Positions 19,354 to 28,477 of a stretch of 64,000 nt of DNA are shown one piece after another. The stretch comes from an uncultured Acidimicrobiaceae bacterium. Its GTDB lineage: Bacteria > Actinomycetota > Acidimicrobiia > Acidimicrobiales > RAAP-2. How positions within the stretch are numbered: position 1 is the first letter of the stretch; every line of letters begins with the position of its first letter. The notes below the pieces were generated by a model that had not been told where the DNA came from, did not search any database, and worked only from the letters and a program-made list of their open reading frames with translations. A program made the position numbers and the translations under genes. The DNA lies in assembly GCA_963769905.1 (NCBI GenBank), contig CAVYNG010000002.1, positions 772,040 to 836,039 on the forward strand, in the 5' to 3' direction.

Positions 19354-19388
19354 CTGGACGAGCCCCGTCGGCGATGGGCTCCGTCCAG
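19354..19388 (+). terminator. Intercistronic stem-loop after the rubrerythrin gene (attenuator, partial terminator or processing site)
   Basis: CTGGACGAGCCC-N10-GGGCTCCGTCCAG. This gives 12 bp with one bulged C. No T tract follows. Confidence 0.4.
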
Positions 19389-19410
19389 GTGCACGGCACT
19401 TGCCTGACGC

Positions 19411-20763
19411 GTGACCACCACCTACGACCCCGCCGACCCGGGGTACCTCGACGAGGGGGATCTGAGGGGCGAGCTCGGTCGCGTCTTCGATCTGTGCCAG
19501 GGCTGCAGACTGTGCTTCAACCTGTGCCCGTCGTTCCCGACGCTGTTCGACTTCGTCGACGCGCACGAAGGCGACGTGTCGGCGATGACCACGGTCGAAC
19601 AGGACCGTGTGGTCGACGAGTGCTACCAGTGCAAGCTCTGTTACCTGAAGTGTCCATATGTGCCGCCCCACGAGTGGGAGCTCGACTTCCCGCGGCTCAT
19701 GATGCGGGCCCACGCGGTCCGGCACGCGGAGGGGGGCTCGTTGACCGAGCGGGCGACCGATCAATTCCTCGGGCGCACCGATCTGGTGGGCCGGGTGTCG
19801 ACCGCCGCGGCGCCCCTCGTCAACGCGGTGACCGGGCGCCGTGGGTCGTTCCCGCGCCGGATGATGGAAAAGACGGTCGGCATCGCATCGGATCGGCTCC
19901 TTCCGCCGTACGCCCGTCAGCGCTTCACCACCTGGTTCCGGCGGCGCCGGCGTGAGGGCGCCGACTCCCGCGCCACCGGATCGACCCAGGGCTCGGTGTC
20001 GGTCTTCCCGACCTGCTTCGTCGAGTACATGGAGCCGTCGATCGGTCAGGACCTGGTCAAGATCTACGAGCGCAACGGCGTCGACTGCTCGGTCCCCGAG
20101 GGAACCAAGTGCTGTGGGGCCCCGTGGTTGCACGCCGGGGACGTGAAGGCCTTCACCCGCGCCGCCGCGCGCAACGTCGCCGTGCTCGCCGACGAGGTGC
20201 GCCGCGGCAAGGAGGTGGTGGTCGCGCAGCCGACCTGTGGGTACGTGGTGCGCAACGACTACCCGATCTACCTCGCACACGCGCCTTCGGCCGCCGACGC
20301 CGAACTGGTCGCTGCTCACACCGTCGACCCCGCCGAGCACCTCGTCGCGCTCTCCCGGGAGGAGGGGAGTGGGTTCGACGACTCCTTCCCCGGCCGCGAG
20401 AGGGGCCAGGTCCCGGACCGGGTGACCTACCACGTCGCCTGCCATCTCCAGGCCCTCCAGGTCGGGCTGAAGAGCCGCGACCTCCTCAAGCTCGCCGGCA
20501 TCCGCGCGGACCTCGTCCAGCGCTGCTCGGGGATCGACGGGACGTGGGGCTATCGCGCGGCCAACTACGAGCTCGCCCGGAAGGTGGCCGGCCCGCTCAA
20601 GCGAGAAGTCGAGGCCGCGGGCAACGCGGTGGTCTGCGGCGACTGCCTTCTCGCCAACGGCTCGATCGAGCAGGAGACCGGGACGAAGCCGCTCCACCCG
20701 ATCCAGCTGTTCGCCCGCGCCTGCGGGATCCCCGAGGAGGGTGCCGAGGAGCGCGGACGGTGA
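19411..20763 (+). CDS. (Fe-S)-binding oxidoreductase with two 4Fe-4S motifs and CCG domains (GlpC/HdrD-like)
   Basis: [12 protein letters not shown] and [12 protein letters not shown] ferredoxin-type motifs. C-terminal cysteine-rich CCG pattern (TKCCGAPW). Confidence 0.82.
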   Translation: MTTTYDPADPGYLDEGDLRGELGRVFDLCQGCRLCFNLCPSFPTLFDFVDAHEGDVSAMTTVEQDRVVDECYQCKLCYLKCPYVPPHEWELDFPRLMMRAHAVRHAEGGSLTERATDQFLGRTDLVGRVSTAAAPLVNAVTGRRGSFPRRMMEKTVGIASDRLLPPYARQRFTTWFRRRRREGADSRATGSTQGSVSVFPTCFVEYMEPSIGQDLVKIYERNGVDCSVPEGTKCCGAPWLHAGDVKAFTRAAARNVAVLADEVRRGKEVVVAQPTCGYVVRNDYPIYLAHAPSAADAELVAAHTVDPAEHLVALSREEGSGFDDSFPGRERGQVPDRVTYHVACHLQALQVGLKSRDLLKLAGIRADLVQRCSGIDGTWGYRAANYELARKVAGPLKREVEAAGNAVVCGDCLLANGSIEQETGTKPLHPIQLFARACGIPEEGAEERGR

Positions 20764-21377
20764 GCACGTCCGGACCGCTCACCCTCGAGGACATCGCGGA
20801 TCAACGCGCGTACGAGCGCGAGCGGGATGCATTCCGCCGCGAGGTCATCGCGGTCAAGAAGCGTCGCCGAGTCGGCATTGGGCCGGTCGTCACGCTGATC
20901 TTCGAGAATCGGATGACCATCCGCTTCCAGGTGCAGGAGATGGCCCGCGCCGAGCGTATGTCGACGGACCGGCAGATCCAGCACGAGCTCGACGTCTACA
21001 ACCGGCTCCTCCCCTCGGACGGCGAGCTGTCGGCGACCCTGTTCGTCGAGGTGACCGACGACGCGGCGCTCCGAGCATGGTTGCCGCGGCTGGTCGGGAT
21101 CGAGGCTTCCTGTGTGCTGCGGATCGGGGAAGGGGCCGACGCCGTTTCGGTCCGCTCGCTGCCGGAAGAGGGGCACGAGGCCGCGTTGACCCGTGAGGAC
21201 GTGACCTCCGCGGTCCACTACGTGCGATTCCCGGTGGGTGCAGCACTTGCCGGCGAGTTGCGGACCGGACCGGCTGTCCTCGGGATCGACCACCCCGGCT
21301 ACCCCGAAGGGCGGCCGGGCACCTTGCTCGGCGACGCGACGCGAGACGAGCTCGCCTCGGACCTCGCCGGCGGATAG
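20760..21377 (+). CDS. DUF3501-family protein
   Basis: In-frame tail of ORF 20109-21377, starting at a GTG that overlaps the Fe-S gene stop (GTGA). The sequence [61 protein letters not shown] matches my recollection of DUF3501. Not verified by search. Confidence 0.65.
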   Translation: MSTSGPLTLEDIADQRAYERERDAFRREVIAVKKRRRVGIGPVVTLIFENRMTIRFQVQEMARAERMSTDRQIQHELDVYNRLLPSDGELSATLFVEVTDDAALRAWLPRLVGIEASCVLRIGEGADAVSVRSLPEEGHEAALTREDVTSAVHYVRFPVGAALAGELRTGPAVLGIDHPGYPEGRPGTLLGDATRDELASDLAGG

Positions 21378-21380
21378 GGG

Positions 21381-22199
21381 TCAGCCGCCGGAGAACCGGG
21401 GCGCCCGGCGCTCCGCGGTCGCGGCGACGCCCTCGCCGAAGTCGGTGGTCTCCATCAGCCGGAGCTGCTCGCTGCGCTCGCGCTCGACCGCCGACCGGAA
21501 ACACTCGATGATCCGTGCCCGCTGGGTGGCGCGGATGGCCCGCACCGCGAGGGGTGCGGCCTCGGCGACCTCGGCGGCCAGCAGGCGAGCGCCCGCTCGA
21601 GGGTCGTCGTCGAGCCGATCACAGAGGCCGATGCGCTCGGCCTCGCTTCCTTCGATCCGTCGTCCGGTGAGGAGCATCTCGAGGGCGCGCTGGTGGCCGA
21701 CGATTTCCGGAAGGGTGAGCGAGAGACCGAAGCCGTGATGCAGCCCGAGCCGGGCGAAGTTGGCCGAGAACCTGGTGACCGGCGACGCGACCCGCAGATC
21801 GCACGCGGCCGCGAGTCCGAGGCCGCCGCCCACCGCGGAGCCCTGCACCGCCGCGACGAGCGGCAAGGAACCGTCGACGAGCTCGAAGGCGTGATCGTAC
21901 AGAGAGCGAATGGTCTCGCCGAGCGGCGCTCCCGACCCCGAGAAGTCGAAGCCGGCACAGAAGTGCCGCCCTTCCGAGCACAGCACCACGGCGCGGCAAC
22001 CACGGCGCTCGGCCCAAGCCACGCCGTCGAGGATTCCGCGCAACAGTTCGACGTCGAAGAAATTGGCGGGCGGCCGGTGCCACTCCACCTCGGCGACGCC
22101 CGGCGACGGCTCGCTCACCGAGACGTCGCCGAAACCCCGCTGCGCCGGGTCCGCGCCCGCGTCGGTCATGGTGGCGGAAGTGTACGCCGCAAGGTCCAC
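21381..22199 (-). CDS. Enoyl-CoA hydratase/isomerase family protein
   Basis: Crotonase pattern RAVVLCSEGRHFCAGFDF...AAVQGSAVGGGLGLAAACDLRVA. Start is uncertain (alternative MTDAGADP). Confidence 0.85.
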   Translation of the reverse strand: MDLAAYTSATMTDAGADPAQRGFGDVSVSEPSPGVAEVEWHRPPANFFDVELLRGILDGVAWAERRGCRAVVLCSEGRHFCAGFDFSGSGAPLGETIRSLYDHAFELVDGSLPLVAAVQGSAVGGGLGLAAACDLRVASPVTRFSANFARLGLHHGFGLSLTLPEIVGHQRALEMLLTGRRIEGSEAERIGLCDRLDDDPRAGARLLAAEVAEAAPLAVRAIRATQRARIIECFRSAVERERSEQLRLMETTDFGEGVAATAERRAPRFSGG

Positions 22200-22280
22200 A
22201 GCCAGTTCGGGCGCATGCGCCGCGGCAAGGTGGAGTGGTCAGGCTCGCCTCGTCGATCGAAAACACAGACAGGAGCCACA

Positions 22281-22724
22281 ATGACGACCGCCAGCGCGAC
22301 GACCATCACCGGGAACCTCACCCGGGACCCCGAGATCCGCTACACCCGCGAGGGGCAGGCGACCACCACCCTCGGTGTGGCGGTGAACCGCCGCTGGCAG
22401 AACCGCGAGACCGGTGAGTGGGACGAGGCAACGTCGTTCTTCGACGTGGTGACCTGGCGAGAACTCGCCGAGAACGTCGCGCTCAGCCTGACCAAGGGCA
22501 TGCGGGTGGTGGTGAGCGGCCGTCTCGAGCAGCGCAGCTGGGAGACCGAAGAGGGCGACCGCAGGTTCAAGGTCGAGATCGTGGCCGACGAGGTCGGCGC
22601 GAGCCTCCGCTTCGCGACGGCGGAAGTGCACCGGATCGAGCGCCAGCATCCCGCGCCGGACTCCGACGGGGGACGCGGTGGCGGCTCCGCGAGCGAGGGC
22701 GAGCCGGTCGGGACCGACGCCTGA
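22281..22724 (+). CDS. ssb: Single-stranded DNA-binding protein paralog lacking the canonical acidic C-terminal tip
   Basis: AGGAG at 22271-22275 with ATG at 22281. OB-fold sequence ITGNLTRDPEIRYTREGQATTTLGVAVNRRWQNRETGEWDEATSFFDVVTWRELAENV. The C-terminus ends ...SEGEPVGTDA, not D-D-x-P-F. It is not in an rpsF-ssb-rpsR context. Confidence 0.85.
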   Translation: MTTASATTITGNLTRDPEIRYTREGQATTTLGVAVNRRWQNRETGEWDEATSFFDVVTWRELAENVALSLTKGMRVVVSGRLEQRSWETEEGDRRFKVEIVADEVGASLRFATAEVHRIERQHPAPDSDGGRGGGSASEGEPVGTDA

Positions 22725-22890
22725 AGTGGGCGAGAGCACGACCGAGCGCCCACCTGCACGTTTCGTAGCCGGGGTCTGGCTCACCAAACCCGAGGTCTTC
22801 GCGGCGTGCCAGGCCCTGGCCGACGCCGACCGGGTCCTCGTGGGGTCGGGGAGCGCCCGCGAGGCGCGAGCCCTCGGTGACCTCTTCGCC

Positions 22891-23343
22891 CTATTCGAGG
22901 ATCGTCTGTCGGCGCGGACTCAGTCCGACGCGGGACTCGTACTCGAGCGAGAGCGAATTCACGCAGTAGCGGAGGCCGGTCGGCGCCGGCCCGTCGGGGA
23001 AGACGTGACCGAGATGCCCACCGCAGCGTGCACAGGTGATCTCGGTGCGCCGCATTCCATGGGTCCGGTCCTCGTGCTCCACGATGGTGCCCTCAGCGAC
23101 CCCCTGAGTGAAGGACGGCCAGCCCGATCCCGACTCGAACTTGTCGTCGGTGCTGAAGAGGGCGGCACCGCACCCGGCGCAGGTGAAGGTTCCCTCGCCG
23201 TCGACGTGCAGGAGCTCGCCCGACCAGGCCGGCTCGGTTGCCGCCTGCCGGAGGACCGCGTAGCGCTCGGGCTGGAGCTTCTCCCGCCAGTCGTGGTCGC
23301 TCATCTCGACCTTGGTGTCCGCCCGGGTGGTGTTCTCTGTCAT
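22891..23343 (-). CDS. msrB: Peptide-methionine (R)-S-oxide reductase
   Basis: CAGCGAALF, GSGWPSF, CARCGGHLGHVF, RYCVNS. Confidence 0.92.
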   Translation of the reverse strand: MTENTTRADTKVEMSDHDWREKLQPERYAVLRQAATEPAWSGELLHVDGEGTFTCAGCGAALFSTDDKFESGSGWPSFTQGVAEGTIVEHEDRTHGMRRTEITCARCGGHLGHVFPDGPAPTGLRYCVNSLSLEYESRVGLSPRRQTILE

Positions 23344-23499
23344 CACTCTCTCCATTCCTCCCTGCCCGGCATCGTCAACACCCGGGCGCGCGGGGGTGTT
23401 CCCGTCGAGCGAGCGGGATTGGGACGGGTCGCGCGATGTCACTAACGTCGAGCACGCCACGCAGGCCTGCGTCGATCCGGCCCACGGGCCGAGCCGAGG

Positions 23500-24729
23500 A
23501 TGCCGACGCGTACCACCCGACTCCCCATGGACCTCCGAGACCGACCCGAGGACGACGCCTTCCGGGCGGAGGTCCGCGCCTGGCTCGAGGAGCATGTGGT
23601 CGGGGAGTTCGTGGCGCTCGGCGGTCGCGGGGGATCGGGCGACGAGACCTACGGGTTCGAGACCCGGCTGGCCTGGGAGAAGGTCCTTGCAGCCGGCAGG
23701 TGGACCGGCATCGGTTGGCCGGTCGAGTACGGGGGCCGCGGCGCGAGCATCGCCCGTCAGGTGATCTTCAACGAGGAATACGTGCGGGCTCGTGCGCCCG
23801 GACGGGTGAGCGTTCTCGGCGAGGGCCTTCTCGCTCCCACCATCATCCAGTACGGGACCGACGCGCAGCGGGCTCGCTTCCTGCCGCCGATCCTGGCGGG
23901 CACCGAGCTCTGGTGCCAGGGTTACTCCGAGCCCGACGCTGGCAGCGACCTCGCCAACGTGCAGACCAAGGCAGTCCTCGACGGTGACCAATGGGTCGTC
24001 ACCGGACAGAAGGTCTGGACCTCCCTCGCCCATCAGGCCGACTGGTGCTTCGTGCTCGGCCGGACCGAATCCGGGTCGACCCGTCATCGCGGCCTTTCCT
24101 ACCTCCTCGTGCCGATGGACCAACCGGGGGTGGAGGTCCGTCCGATCACCCAGCTCACGAGAACCTCCGAGTTCAACGAGGTGTTCTTCGACGGCGCACG
24201 CACCGCGGCAGAGAACGTGGTCGGTCAGGTGGGCGACGGATGGCGGGTCGCGCTCGCCACCCTCGCCTACGAGCGAGGCGTCGGCCTCCTCGGTCACCAG
24301 CTCTCGTTCCGCCGAGAGTTCGACCGCCTGCTCGAGGTGGCGCGCGCACGGGGTGCGGCGAGCGATCCGCTGGTGCGCCAGCGGATCGCTCGCTCGTTCG
24401 GCGAGCTCGAGATCCTGCGCTACAACACGCTCCGCAGCCTCTCCAGCATCGACGGACCGGTGGCACCGCCGGAGGCCTCGATCTCGAAGCTCTACTGGGC
24501 GAGCTGGCACCAGCGGTTCGGCGAGCTCGCCACTGATCTGCGCGGATTGGGGGGGCAGGTGGTCGAGTCCGCACCCTATGAGCTCGACGAATTCCAGAGG
24601 ACCTTCCTCTTCAGTCGATCGGAGACGATCTACGGGGGCTCCAACGAGATCCAGCGGAACATCGTCGGCGAGCGCGTGCTCGGTCTGCCGCCCGAACCGC
24701 GGCCCGAAACGAGAGGAGAGGCCCGATGA
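23500..24729 (+). CDS. Acyl-CoA dehydrogenase
   Basis: 409 aa. GYSEPDAGSDLA, QKVWTS and the C-terminal IYGGSNEIQRNIVG motif. Confidence 0.9.
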   Translation: MPTRTTRLPMDLRDRPEDDAFRAEVRAWLEEHVVGEFVALGGRGGSGDETYGFETRLAWEKVLAAGRWTGIGWPVEYGGRGASIARQVIFNEEYVRARAPGRVSVLGEGLLAPTIIQYGTDAQRARFLPPILAGTELWCQGYSEPDAGSDLANVQTKAVLDGDQWVVTGQKVWTSLAHQADWCFVLGRTESGSTRHRGLSYLLVPMDQPGVEVRPITQLTRTSEFNEVFFDGARTAAENVVGQVGDGWRVALATLAYERGVGLLGHQLSFRREFDRLLEVARARGAASDPLVRQRIARSFGELEILRYNTLRSLSSIDGPVAPPEASISKLYWASWHQRFGELATDLRGLGGQVVESAPYELDEFQRTFLFSRSETIYGGSNEIQRNIVGERVLGLPPEPRPETRGEAR

Positions 24730-25538
24730 GCCCTGCACCGACGGAACCGCCCGAGCCGCCCGAACCGCCCGAGCCGCCGTCCGGCCACGGCCTCCTCGAC
24801 GGCAAGGTCGTCGTCGTCACCGCGGCGGCCGGGACCGGCATCGGGTTCGCCACCGCCAAACGCTGCGTGGAGGAGGGTGCGACTGTCGTCGTGTCCGACG
24901 CCCACGAGCGTCGCCTCGCGGAGGCCGCGGACACCCTCGGCGAGCTCGCGGGCGGACCGCCACTCGCCGTTCCCTGCGACGTGACCGACGACGCGCAGGT
25001 CCGGCATCTCTACGACGCGGCGGTCGAGCGCCACGGTCGCTTCGATGTCGCGGTCAACAACGCAGGCCTCGGGGGGCGGGCCGAGGTCGTCGAGATGACC
25101 GACGAGGAATGGTCGGCCGTCCTCGACGTCACGCTGAACGGAACATTCCGCTGCGTCCGCGCCGCGCTCGGGCACTTCTACGCGTCCGGAACCGGCGGTG
25201 TGATCGTTAACAACGCCTCGGTGCTCGGCTGGCGGGCACAGGCCGGCCAGGCGCACTACGCCGCGGCGAAGGCGGGCGTGATGGCCCTCACCCGCTGCAG
25301 CGCCGTCGAGGCCGCTCCGCACGGCGTCCGCGTCAACGCGGTGTCACCGAGCCTCGCGCTGCACCCGTTCCTCAATCGGGTGATGCCCGACGAGGAGCTC
25401 GAAGAGCTCCGCCGACGCGAGGTGTTCGGGCGCGGTGCGGAGACCTGGGAGGTGGCGAACGTCATCGTCTTCCTCGCCAGCGACTACTCGACCTACCTGA
25501 CCGGTGAGGTCGTCTCGGTCAGCAGTCAGCATCCCTGA
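24726..25538 (+). CDS. SDR-family oxidoreductase
   Basis: TAAAGTGIG cofactor motif, NNAG, and catalytic YAAAKAG. ATGA overlap with the upstream gene. Confidence 0.9.
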   Translation: MSPAPTEPPEPPEPPEPPSGHGLLDGKVVVVTAAAGTGIGFATAKRCVEEGATVVVSDAHERRLAEAADTLGELAGGPPLAVPCDVTDDAQVRHLYDAAVERHGRFDVAVNNAGLGGRAEVVEMTDEEWSAVLDVTLNGTFRCVRAALGHFYASGTGGVIVNNASVLGWRAQAGQAHYAAAKAGVMALTRCSAVEAAPHGVRVNAVSPSLALHPFLNRVMPDEELEELRRREVFGRGAETWEVANVIVFLASDYSTYLTGEVVSVSSQHP

Positions 25539-25571
25539 CGCGGCCTTCTGCCCGATTCCGCCCTTTGGGCC

Positions 25572-27248
25572 TTGCACTACCCTGACGGCGTGTCAGATGT
25601 GACCGACCCGCGCGGCGACCTGCAGTGGGGGACCATTCCCACGCTGGTCGCGGACGCCGCGGCGCGCTTCGGTCCGGCCGAGGCGGTTGTCGACCGCAAC
25701 GGCCCAGGTGGCTCGGTCGCCCGGGTGACCTTCGACCAACTGGCCGAGGACGTCGCGACGGCGTCGCGGGCGGTCGTCGCGTCGGGGATCGAGCGGGGTG
25801 ATCGGATCGGGATCTGGGCGCCGAATTGCCTCGAATGGGTGATCGCTGCGCTGGGCGCCGTCGGCACGGGCGCGGTGCTCGTCCCGCTGAACACCAGGTT
25901 CAAGGGGGAAGAGGCGGCCTTCGTGCTGCGCGCCTCGGGTGCCCGCGCCCTCTTCACCGTCGAGGGATTCCTCGGCACCGACTATCCGAGGATGCTTGCC
26001 GAGGCGGCCGCCGACGAGAAGCTCCCCGATCTCGAACACGTGGTGGTGCTCCGCTCCGAGGGCGAGCGGATGCCACGACGGAGCGATGACCTCGCGACCG
26101 AACCCTGGGCCGACTTCGTGCGGCGAGGAGGAGACGTCGCGGCGGACGTCGCGGCCGGGCGCGCAGCCTCGCTCGACGCCGGTGATCTTTCCGACCTGAT
26201 CTTCACCTCTGGTACCACCGGACGGCCGAAGGGCGCGGTGACCACCCACGGCCAGTCGCTGCGCACCTTCGCCACCTGGTCGGAGGTGGTCGGCCTACGC
26301 GAGGGGGACCGCTACCTGATCGTGAACCCCTTCTTCCACACATTCGGTTACAAAGCGGGCATATTGGCCTCTCTGATGACCGGGGCGACGATGGTCCCCG
26401 AGCCCGTCTTTGACGTCGACGTTCTGCTCGGTCGGATCGCGGACGAAGCGGTATCCGTGCTGCCCGGACCGCCTACCGTCTTCCAGTCGATCCTCGATCA
26501 TCCCGACCGCAAGTCGTTCGATCTCTCGACCCTGCGGCTGGTGGTCACCGGTGCTGCCGCGGTCCCCATCGAGCTGGTCGAGCGACTCTGGTCCGAGCTC
26601 GGTATCGAGACGGTGCTCACCGCGTACGGACTGACCGAGGCCACCGGGACGGCCACCATGTGCCGCCGGGGTGACTCGGCCGAAGTGATCGCGATGACCT
26701 CGGGGCGGGCGATTCCCGACGTGGAGGTCAGGGTCGTCGACTCCGAGGGCGACGAATGCGCGAAAGGGGTAACCGGCGAGATCGTCGTCCGGGGGTACAA
26801 CGTGATGCAGGGATACTTCGACGATCCCGAGGCGACCAGCGCGACGATCGACGCGGACGGCTGGCTCCACACGGGCGACCTCGGGACGATGGACGAGGCC
26901 GGCAACATCGCGGTCACCGACCGGTTGAAGGACATGTACGTTTCGGGCGGGTTCAACGTCTACCCGGCAGAGGTCGAAGCGGTGCTCCGCCAGCACCCCG
27001 ACGTCGCCCAGGTCGCGGTGGTCGGGGTCGCCGACCGCCGGATGGGCGAGGTGGGCCTCGCGGTGGTGGTTCCCGCGGCCGGGGTGTCCGCCGCGTCGCT
27101 CGAGGACGAGCTCACCGTCTGGTTGCGCGCGCGCGTCGCCAATTACAAGGTGCCGCGTGGAGTACGGACCGTCGAGGCCTTACCCGTCAATGCCAGCGGC
27201 AAGGTGTTGAAACGCGAGTTGCGGGAACGCTTCGCGACCGCGCAGTGA
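25572..27248 (+). CDS. AMP-dependent acyl-CoA synthetase/ligase
   Basis: FTSGTTGRPKGAV, GYGLTE-type TAYGLTEATG, HTGDLGTMDEAGNIAVTDRLKDMY, PVNASGKVLKREL. Start is uncertain (TTG 25572 or GTG 25590). Confidence 0.88.
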   Translation: MHYPDGVSDVTDPRGDLQWGTIPTLVADAAARFGPAEAVVDRNGPGGSVARVTFDQLAEDVATASRAVVASGIERGDRIGIWAPNCLEWVIAALGAVGTGAVLVPLNTRFKGEEAAFVLRASGARALFTVEGFLGTDYPRMLAEAAADEKLPDLEHVVVLRSEGERMPRRSDDLATEPWADFVRRGGDVAADVAAGRAASLDAGDLSDLIFTSGTTGRPKGAVTTHGQSLRTFATWSEVVGLREGDRYLIVNPFFHTFGYKAGILASLMTGATMVPEPVFDVDVLLGRIADEAVSVLPGPPTVFQSILDHPDRKSFDLSTLRLVVTGAAAVPIELVERLWSELGIETVLTAYGLTEATGTATMCRRGDSAEVIAMTSGRAIPDVEVRVVDSEGDECAKGVTGEIVVRGYNVMQGYFDDPEATSATIDADGWLHTGDLGTMDEAGNIAVTDRLKDMYVSGGFNVYPAEVEAVLRQHPDVAQVAVVGVADRRMGEVGLAVVVPAAGVSAASLEDELTVWLRARVANYKVPRGVRTVEALPVNASGKVLKRELRERFATAQ

Positions 27249-27276
27249 GCACCGCCGCGGTGGGACGACCATTGGC

Positions 27277-27321
27277 CGAGTTGTCCGAGTTGTCCGCGTT
27301 GTTCGAATCGTTCGAGTCGAG
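27277..27321. repeat. Five tandem 9-bp units (GAGTTGTCC x2, GCGTTGTTC, GAATCGTTC, GAGTCGAGA) just upstream of the ADH gene
   Basis: Read directly in the 84-bp intergenic region 27249-27332. Confidence 0.8.
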
Positions 27322-27332
27322 AGGAGAGTGCC

Positions 27333-28439
27333 GTGCGAGGCATCGTCTACACCGGTGACGGCGTCGAGGTCACCGACCAGCTGGAGATCGGCGAGCCAGG
27401 GCTCACCGAGGTCAAGGTGCGGGTCGGCGCGGCCGGCGTCTGCCACAGCGACCTCTCGGTGATCAACGGGACCATCCCCTGGAAGGCGCCTTCAGTACTC
27501 GGCCACGAAGGTGCCGGGGTGGTCGAGGCAGTCGGGCCCGAGGTCACCTCGGTCAAACCCGGCGACCACGTGGTCATCGCGACCATCGCCAGTTGCGGCC
27601 ACTGTCGCGCGTGCAGCACCGGACACCCCACCTGGTGCATCAAGACGCTCGGGAACGTCTCGCAGCCCTTCACATTCAAAGGCGAGCCGGCCTCCAACTT
27701 CGCGGCCACCTCGGCCTTCGCCGAGTCGACCATCGTCAAGGAGGTCCAGGCCGTCAAGATCTCGAAAGACGTCCCGCTGACTTCCGCCTCGCTCATCGGC
27801 TGCGGGGTGCTGACCGGCGTGGGCTCGGTCCTCAACCGGGCGAAGGTCCAGCCCGGCGAGACCGCGGCCGTCTTCGGGGTCGGCGGGGTCGGGCTCAACG
27901 TGATCCAAGGGCTGCGGATCGCTGGCGCCAGCCGCATCGTCGCGGTCGACACCATGGTCTCGAAGGAGCCGCTCGCGAGACAGTTCGGAGCGACCCACTT
28001 CGTCGACGCCTCGAGCGGGGACGCAGTCGCGGCCATCCGCGAGATCGTCCCGCCGGGGCCGGCTCGGGTGGCGGGGGCACTCGGATGGACCGGAGGAGTC
28101 ACTTGGGCCTTCGACTGCGTCGGCCACCCTGCCGTGCTTCGTAACGCGCTCGACGTGCTGGACTGGGGAGGCACCGCGCTCGCCATCGGGATCCCGCCGC
28201 AGGGTACCGAGGTCTCCGTCGACGTCAACGCGCTGGCGTACGTCGACCGCGGATTGCTCGGATGCCGGTACGGATCCTCACGGCCGCACCACGACATCCC
28301 ACTGATGATCGAGCTCTACCTCGACGGCAAGCTCATGCTCGACGAGCTGGTGACCGAAGAGCGCCCGTTGGAGGGCTTCCGCGAGATCGTCGAGGACATG
28401 GAGGAAGGGAAGCTCGCCCGAGGCGTCCTCACCTTCTGA
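27333..28439 (+). CDS. Zinc-dependent alcohol dehydrogenase (class III/mycothiol-dependent-like MDR)
   Basis: GVCHSD, GHEGAGVVEAVG, CGHCRAC, GVGGVGLNVIQG. Confidence 0.9.
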   Translation: MRGIVYTGDGVEVTDQLEIGEPGLTEVKVRVGAAGVCHSDLSVINGTIPWKAPSVLGHEGAGVVEAVGPEVTSVKPGDHVVIATIASCGHCRACSTGHPTWCIKTLGNVSQPFTFKGEPASNFAATSAFAESTIVKEVQAVKISKDVPLTSASLIGCGVLTGVGSVLNRAKVQPGETAAVFGVGGVGLNVIQGLRIAGASRIVAVDTMVSKEPLARQFGATHFVDASSGDAVAAIREIVPPGPARVAGALGWTGGVTWAFDCVGHPAVLRNALDVLDWGGTALAIGIPPQGTEVSVDVNALAYVDRGLLGCRYGSSRPHHDIPLMIELYLDGKLMLDELVTEERPLEGFREIVEDMEEGKLARGVLTF

Positions 28440-28477
28440 GACTCGCCGGCGCGACGACCCACCCTCGCCCGGAAACC

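Noticed and set aside
22726-23445. ORF continuing from the small coding-like segment after ssb across the whole of msrB in antisense
   Set aside because: A 240-aa product fully overlapping a well-supported msrB is implausible. Only the first roughly 55 codons look coding, and they are reported as a low-confidence observation rather than as a feature.
27300-27318. SOS-box-like sequence GTTCGAATCGTTCGA
   Set aside because: The actinobacterial LexA box, as I recall it, is TCGAAC-N4-GTTCGA. Here the half-sites are too close and one is TCGAAT. It is better explained as part of the 9-bp tandem repeat.
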